Origin: a virus
Lineage: Duplodnaviria; Caudoviricetes
Virus record (IMG/VR): IMGVR_UViG_3300020578_000074
Span: 1-61,434 of that record
DNA: 61,434 nt
Direction: 5' to 3' (one strand)
Position numbers and translations under genes: made by a program. Of this stretch, positions 56,529 through 61,434 are shown piece by piece (the first letter of the stretch is position 1; each line of letters opens with the position of its first letter). The notes under the pieces are model-generated. The model searched no databases. It had not been told where the DNA came from and saw only the letters and a list, made by a program, of their open reading frames with translations.

Positions 56529-56954
56529 ATGGATAAGACACAGATTTCAGAGCGTCTGTTACGGATAAAGGTACTTCAGGACAATCTTGAGGAAGAGGTA
56601 GCAGGGTTGCGGACACTTCTTGAAGTGGATGACTTGATTGTCTTGCCGAGTGGGCGAGTAGCGATGTTTAATCAGATTCGTTCTACATATGACGAGGCAA
56701 CCCTTTTGAAGGATATGCAGGAGCGTGGTATTGATCCTTCTTTGATTGGGGAAGTGGTGATTTCCGTGAATCGAGAGAAGCTCGCTTCCGCCATCGAGAG
56801 CGGCGTGATGCCTACCGACTTGGTTGAAAAGAATAAGAGGACGCAGGATGTATCCGTTTTGAGGGTGACTCCCTCGACCTCCTTGAGGGATGAAGTGGTA
56901 GGAGGACTTGGGCAGGTGGTTGCCATGAGTGATCTATTTAAACGCACGAGATAG
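56529..56954 (+). CDS. Hypothetical protein
   Basis: GAGGTG RBS, ATG start. Confidence 0.7.
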   Translation: MDKTQISERLLRIKVLQDNLEEEVAGLRTLLEVDDLIVLPSGRVAMFNQIRSTYDEATLLKDMQERGIDPSLIGEVVISVNREKLASAIESGVMPTDLVEKNKRTQDVSVLRVTPSTSLRDEVVGGLGQVVAMSDLFKRTR

Positions 56955-56996
56955 GTATAAAGCTCGGTGATTTATTAACCTGAGAGTGCATTGATT

Positions 56997-57470
56997 ATGT
57001 GGATAAGAGGGAGTGAGACATATTCCGAAGAAGATTTCTTAACTGAGATCGGGAACGGACTACGCGACACTTCCAAGTTAGATGTGGTGGTTGGTGCTGA
57101 TAGTCAACCATTTGCTAATGGGACGCTTATTGTCGTAGCTGTATGTTTTTTGTCCCCCGATAAGAGATATCACGGCAGGTGTTTTCACAAGAAGCTACCA
57201 ATGTTACGACCTTTTATGGATTTGTACTCTAGGGTATATGCCGAGATGGAGGCTTCTATCTCGGTGGGACAATCCCTCATGAGGCTTTACCCATCCTGCC
57301 CCATAACTATCCATTTAGATGTGAACTCACATCCGAGGGGGTACACCTACAGGTGGTCGAGCGGTTTAGTGAGCATTGTAAAGGGGTATGGATTTGACCG
57401 AGTAGAAACAAAACCTAATGCGTGGTGTGCGTCCTGCGTGGCGGATAAGTACACCAAGCGTTTTCAGTAG
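56997..57470 (+). CDS. RNase H-like YkuK (DUF458) family protein
   Basis: VVVGADSQ, R.YAE...SI, IHLDVN, KP.AW.AS..AD. Confidence 0.8.
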   Translation: MWIRGSETYSEEDFLTEIGNGLRDTSKLDVVVGADSQPFANGTLIVVAVCFLSPDKRYHGRCFHKKLPMLRPFMDLYSRVYAEMEASISVGQSLMRLYPSCPITIHLDVNSHPRGYTYRWSSGLVSIVKGYGFDRVETKPNAWCASCVADKYTKRFQ

Positions 57471-58342
57471 CTTCTACGGAAATTCCTACGGCTGCCAATT
57501 TTCACGGTTTGCTCCTCAGGAAAGGGAGGGAACACCTCTACCTCACCACGGGAGAGCATACCTGCGGCGAAGTCCACCTCACCCTTGTCTGCGTCAAGGA
57601 CAGGCATATCTTTACGATCAGGAGCCCAAGATGGGACTGTTGTTGTAATGTACTTGGCGTTTTCGGATAAAGTGCGGATAGCAACTTCAACATCACCAAA
57701 CTGCTTTATGAAGGCAGACTTGACATCTTCAGCCTTACACCCAAACTTACCACCAATGCCTGCGGGGAGTCCATTTTCAACTGCCTCTCTGCACATCTTT
57801 GCAACATATGCAGGATTGAAGTTTCCAATATCACCCGACCCTGCATTTCCATTTCTTCCCGAATAAAGTCCTTTTGTGACAACATTCAGAACTCTAACTA
57901 GTTGACTTCCAGGTAGGTCAACTTGAATGCCTCCAACCTTTGCAGCCTTACCGAAAAGAAGAATCATTGCTGCCCAACGGTGATGTCCGTCCATGATGAA
58001 ATTGTCGTTAGAGATGATAGCACCAAGATTTGGGTCAATCTTATTGTTGTTGATCATCCAAACAATCATGCACAAAGAGTTTCCAGGTAGCATGGTGGTT
58101 TGTGAAGGTTTAAGGGCAGCGGCAGCGATAGTGCGATTCTGAGACTTAATCTTGTCCCCGCTTCTGTCACCTGCGTGAATGAGAGCGGCAGCAATCTGTG
58201 GGTCTACTTGGCTCAACTTCTTTGCGTTTTCGTACTCGTTCTCGATGACCTCTGGCGTGAGTACCACTTCTGCTGCTCTTCTTTCAAGGCGAGCGATACG
58301 GGCTTCGAGACTTCTTAAGACATCACTTGCGGTTCTCATCAT
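57464..58342 (-). CDS. ParB/Srx-like domain protein with shared leader
   Basis: MMRTASDVLRSLEARIARLERRAA; LKPSQ and IISNDNFIMDGHHRWAA motifs. Confidence 0.8.
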   Translation of the reverse strand: MMRTASDVLRSLEARIARLERRAAEVVLTPEVIENEYENAKKLSQVDPQIAAALIHAGDRSGDKIKSQNRTIAAAALKPSQTTMLPGNSLCMIVWMINNNKIDPNLGAIISNDNFIMDGHHRWAAMILLFGKAAKVGGIQVDLPGSQLVRVLNVVTKGLYSGRNGNAGSGDIGNFNPAYVAKMCREAVENGLPAGIGGKFGCKAEDVKSAFIKQFGDVEVAIRTLSENAKYITTTVPSWAPDRKDMPVLDADKGEVDFAAGMLSRGEVEVFPPFPEEQTVKIGSRRNFRRSY

Positions 58343-58430
58343 TTTAGGCTCTCCTTCTTGGTCGTTCAAATCTATCCATTAATAATTTATTAAACAATCA
58401 GGCTAGACCACAACAATCAGGAGTAAGGGA

Positions 58431-59342
58431 ATGACAAACCCAAAAAAACTAGCTAGGGTGTACCTAGCTAGAAAAGCGTATGTTTTAGAGTCTTCTCGAT
58501 GGGCTATCATGACAAGCTCTACAGGGAGGACTGCACACATCAAGGTGAGAGAGATAGATGAGAATGTCTTGAGCGTCTTTGGGGAAGGGATTATCCGATG
58601 TGCAGGATTAGATAAGGAAGCGATCATCAAGGGATTGGGGAAGAAGCTAAAAGAGATTTATCAGGCATTTCAGAAGGCACCTGATTTATGGGAAAAGTTT
58701 AAGGATATGTTGGGGATAACTACAACCAATCCGATCAAGCTGTACACGGAGTTATCCAAAAAGTTTCAGGCATTATTGGACGAAGGAGCTAAGTGGTGGG
58801 AAGGAGCTAAGAGCAAGCTGAAGAAAGACAGCAAGATTTTACACTTTCTATTTCTGTATGCGTCTGATGCTCCCACACTAACATCTATCGTGCAGTCTAT
58901 CCTTAAAAAGAATGGAGGAGCTGGGGGAGAGCTTTCTAGATGGCTAGGCAAGGTAGTAAAGCCCGTTCTTGGTACAGCTAAGAATTTAGCTGATTGGCTA
59001 GACCATTTCTTAGAGAGGCATCCACTACTTAAGGTTTTAACTATCCCTGCTAAGTCGTACCTTTATTGGGTGATTTGGATAAATGTGACGGAGGTGAGTT
59101 GGAAGATTTCCGAGTTATTAAAAGGATTTTTAGGTCTCATTTCTTGGTCAGACTTATTATCGGGACTCCCCGAGAGCGGAATTGGATTTTTGATATCCTT
59201 GCTCTTCCCTGGTATACCTGGAGGTTGGATATTTAAATCTTTATCCATAGGTTGGAACGCACTACTTGCCCCCGCAATAGGGATTCAGCTTTATGCTCTT
59301 TACACGAAGGGACTTTTAAACGAAAAGGGGGAGCCACTCTAG
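58431..59342 (+). CDS. Hypothetical protein with C-terminal hydrophobic helices
   Basis: AGGAG RBS; KKLARVYL N-terminus; several hydrophobic segments. Confidence 0.7.
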   Translation: MTNPKKLARVYLARKAYVLESSRWAIMTSSTGRTAHIKVREIDENVLSVFGEGIIRCAGLDKEAIIKGLGKKLKEIYQAFQKAPDLWEKFKDMLGITTTNPIKLYTELSKKFQALLDEGAKWWEGAKSKLKKDSKILHFLFLYASDAPTLTSIVQSILKKNGGAGGELSRWLGKVVKPVLGTAKNLADWLDHFLERHPLLKVLTIPAKSYLYWVIWINVTEVSWKISELLKGFLGLISWSDLLSGLPESGIGFLISLLFPGIPGGWIFKSLSIGWNALLAPAIGIQLYALYTKGLLNEKGEPL

Positions 59343-59632
59343 ATGTTTGTCCAAATGGTTTCGCCTTTGTCGTTGTACAACTTCACATAGAATTCAGAAG
59401 TGGATACTCCCTCGAACGCGAGGGCGACTTGTGTTGCCTGTTCTTGGCTCTCAAAGAGAAGAACACCACCCGTCAACAAAGCATCTTCGGATAGTGTGGC
59501 GTGTTTACGGATTTTATGTGTCACGGAGGAGATGCAGGGGGGTTGATCTTCAAAAGGCATAACAGCGACCAAGAACTTATTTTCGGTTCTTGCGATGTGT
59601 CCATATATACTCGTATGTGCGATGAACTTCAT
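59339..59632 (-). CDS. Hypothetical protein
   Basis: AGGA RBS; fills gap between genes. Confidence 0.55.
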   Translation of the reverse strand: MKFIAHTSIYGHIARTENKFLVAVMPFEDQPPCISSVTHKIRKHATLSEDALLTGGVLLFESQEQATQVALAFEGVSTSEFYVKLYNDKGETIWTNI

Positions 59633-59657
59633 GAAGTAATCCTAGGGAGTGTGAGAC

Positions 59658-60644
59658 ATGATTAAAGTGCTGTGGAGGACTGATGTTCACTTAGCCGACC
59701 GAACCCCAAAACGGAGGACGGGAGATTGGTCTATGGATGTTGTAGATAAGCTGAAATGGATAGGTCGAAAGGCAAAGGATTTATCAGTAGATTTGGTGTT
59801 AGACGGCGGGGATTTTTTTGATGTGAAGTCCCCCACTCGGAACTCCCATGCTTTGGTTCGTTCAGCTTGTGAAGCACACAAAGATTACCCTTGTCCTGTA
59901 TATGCCCTTGTGGGTAATCATGATGTGAAGTATGGAAATATCGAATATCTACCTGAACAGCCCTTGAGCGTTTTGTTTTCAGCATCGGTTTTTAGGCAGT
60001 TCGGTGACTCTGAAGAGATTTTCGTAACGGATGAAGAGGGCATTTCTTTACGGATAGTGGGTGTCCCTTATCACGGAACAGAGTACGATTTAGATCGGTT
60101 GAGGAATATTAAAAAGGGACCTGAGGATTACTTGTTTGTGGCTTGTCACTTATTAGCCCGCTCAGGTGCAGGTGGCAGTATGTTTGAAAACGAAGATATT
60201 GTCGGTTATGATTTATTGGATAGTATCCCTGATGTGGATTGTTGGTTTTTTGGTCATTGGCATAAGGATCAAGGGATAACGAGGTTATCGAATGGTGGCT
60301 ATGTGGTGAATGTGGGTAGTTTGACGCGAGGTGCCTTGCACCTTGATGATTTAGACCGATCCCCTTGTGTAGTGGAGGTGAGCGTCAGCGTAGCTGGCTT
60401 ATCCGTTATCCGCCATGATGTACCTATTAGACCTGCGAGTGAGGCTTTCAAGGTGGAGGAGGCGATAAGGGAAAAGGATTCAAAAGAGAGAATGGAACAG
60501 ATAGTCGAGAAGATGAAACAAGTCGCCACTACGGGTTGGTCTCATTTATCTCTAAAGGATAGAGTGCGGAGTGTAAAGGCTTCAAATGGGGCTAAGGAGT
60601 GTGCTTTGGCTTATCTTGAGCAGGTGGATAAAGAAGACTTATAG
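59658..60644 (+). CDS. sbcD: SbcD/Mre11-like metallophosphoesterase nuclease
   Basis: TDVH, GGDFFD, VGNHD, CH, GHWH, NVGSL.R. Confidence 0.85.
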   Translation: MIKVLWRTDVHLADRTPKRRTGDWSMDVVDKLKWIGRKAKDLSVDLVLDGGDFFDVKSPTRNSHALVRSACEAHKDYPCPVYALVGNHDVKYGNIEYLPEQPLSVLFSASVFRQFGDSEEIFVTDEEGISLRIVGVPYHGTEYDLDRLRNIKKGPEDYLFVACHLLARSGAGGSMFENEDIVGYDLLDSIPDVDCWFFGHWHKDQGITRLSNGGYVVNVGSLTRGALHLDDLDRSPCVVEVSVSVAGLSVIRHDVPIRPASEAFKVEEAIREKDSKERMEQIVEKMKQVATTGWSHLSLKDRVRSVKASNGAKECALAYLEQVDKEDL

Positions 60645-60688
60645 TTCCTTTATTCATCCGTTGTCTCGTCAATCAAAGGAGTGAGGCA

Positions 60689-61434
60689 ATGGATAACATA
60701 AAGAGAGCAATGGTGCGTGTGGCGTATGAGAATCGGCAGATAGGGTTGCTTATTTCTCGTATAGCTCGCCTAGAGAAAGAAGCGGACTTAGACCCTCCTC
60801 TAGGTCTAGGACCCTGTGGTATTGCAGATCGCATTTTAGGGACTGATCCCAAGAATTTAGCGAATCTAGACCCTCGCGTGAAAGAGGAATATAATAAGCT
60901 CTTATCCGAGATTAATAGTACCCCCATGATATCGAAGGGTACTCCACCCGTTAAGTCCTTAAACCTAGACAAGAAGTTAGAGAGAGCTGCTTATCCGAGT
61001 ACGATATTTGAGACCATCAGCGTGATGAAATCAACAGTTAAGGTTGAGTTGAGTCCTCACACCCAAGCCCGATTGGATTCTCGTGAGATCAAGATGGACT
61101 TCTTATTAGAGGGTATCCGTCAAGTGTTAGCCTTTAAGTGGATTTACGCACATATAGCAGCTTTGTATGAGAGACTTGGACCTATGGGGTCTGCTGATGG
61201 GGATGCGAGGTACAAGGTAACGGGGGAACATAAAGGACATATTTTGTCGGTTATTCCGAGATGTAACGAAATCAGCAAATCAGCGTATGAGGAATGGCTT
61301 TATGAGCCCTTCCACATAGAGAAGAAGGAGCATGGGGAGGTGGTGAAAGTTTCCATCTCAAAGGCGTTGACGATTGAGGAATACTTAAAAACAGATGGTC
61401 AAAAGTTTGAGGCTGCACAGATTGTGCGTTTGTA
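60689..61434 (+). CDS. Late protein with divergent leader, 3'-truncated by the window end (absent from the ORF track)
   Basis: MDNIKRAMVRVAYENRQIGLLISRIARLEKEAD; frame open to window end; TAGTTCCTTTAT at 60642-60653. Confidence 0.75.
   Translation, partial: MDNIKRAMVRVAYENRQIGLLISRIARLEKEADLDPPLGLGPCGIADRILGTDPKNLANLDPRVKEEYNKLLSEINSTPMISKGTPPVKSLNLDKKLERAAYPSTIFETISVMKSTVKVELSPHTQARLDSREIKMDFLLEGIRQVLAFKWIYAHIAALYERLGPMGSADGDARYKVTGEHKGHILSVIPRCNEISKSAYEEWLYEPFHIEKKEHGEVVKVSISKALTIEEYLKTDGQKFEAAQIVRL

Noticed and set aside
2484-58369. ORF-track starts for leader genes (2981, 3550, 11908, 20341, 20840, 31388, 58369)
   Set aside because: GGAG RBS spacing and leader alignment place the true starts at 2975, 3508, 11917, 20365, 20879, 31382 and 58342
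1-61434. Alternative genetic code (stop recoding)
   Set aside because: Conserved genes are full length under code 11 and end in TAA, TAG and TGA; the MTase break at 20018 is a frameshift; no suppressor tRNA seen

Overview
This 61.4-kb window looks like part of a large lytic myovirus-type (contractile-tailed) phage genome read with the standard genetic code. It carries replication, recombination and nucleotide genes (RuvC, RecA, NrdAB, ThyX, RecD2-like helicase, SSB, a bacterial-type DnaX/HolA/HolB clamp loader, half-Rad50, Mre11), four DNA methyltransferase genes (one frameshifted), a NusG-like factor, a 1605-aa tail sheath, tRNA-Gly and tRNA-Glu, and an origin-like non-coding region at about 7.9-9.7 kb. 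The most striking unexplained structure is a dispersed module. Twelve otherwise unrelated ORFs start with the same ~22-aa leader (nine canonical copies, consensus M(I)RRTASEVLRSLEARVARLE, plus three divergent ones), followed by an [R/K]-x-A site. These genes and the structural genes share a TA-N5-TTTAT upstream motif, often with a hairpin that buries the ribosome-binding site. I infer a portable late-expression and virion cargo-tagging cassette. Other leads are strong GGATA/TATCC enrichment, two candidate structured RNAs, and nested long direct repeats around acquired genes. All calls come from reading motifs by eye; no database searches were run.
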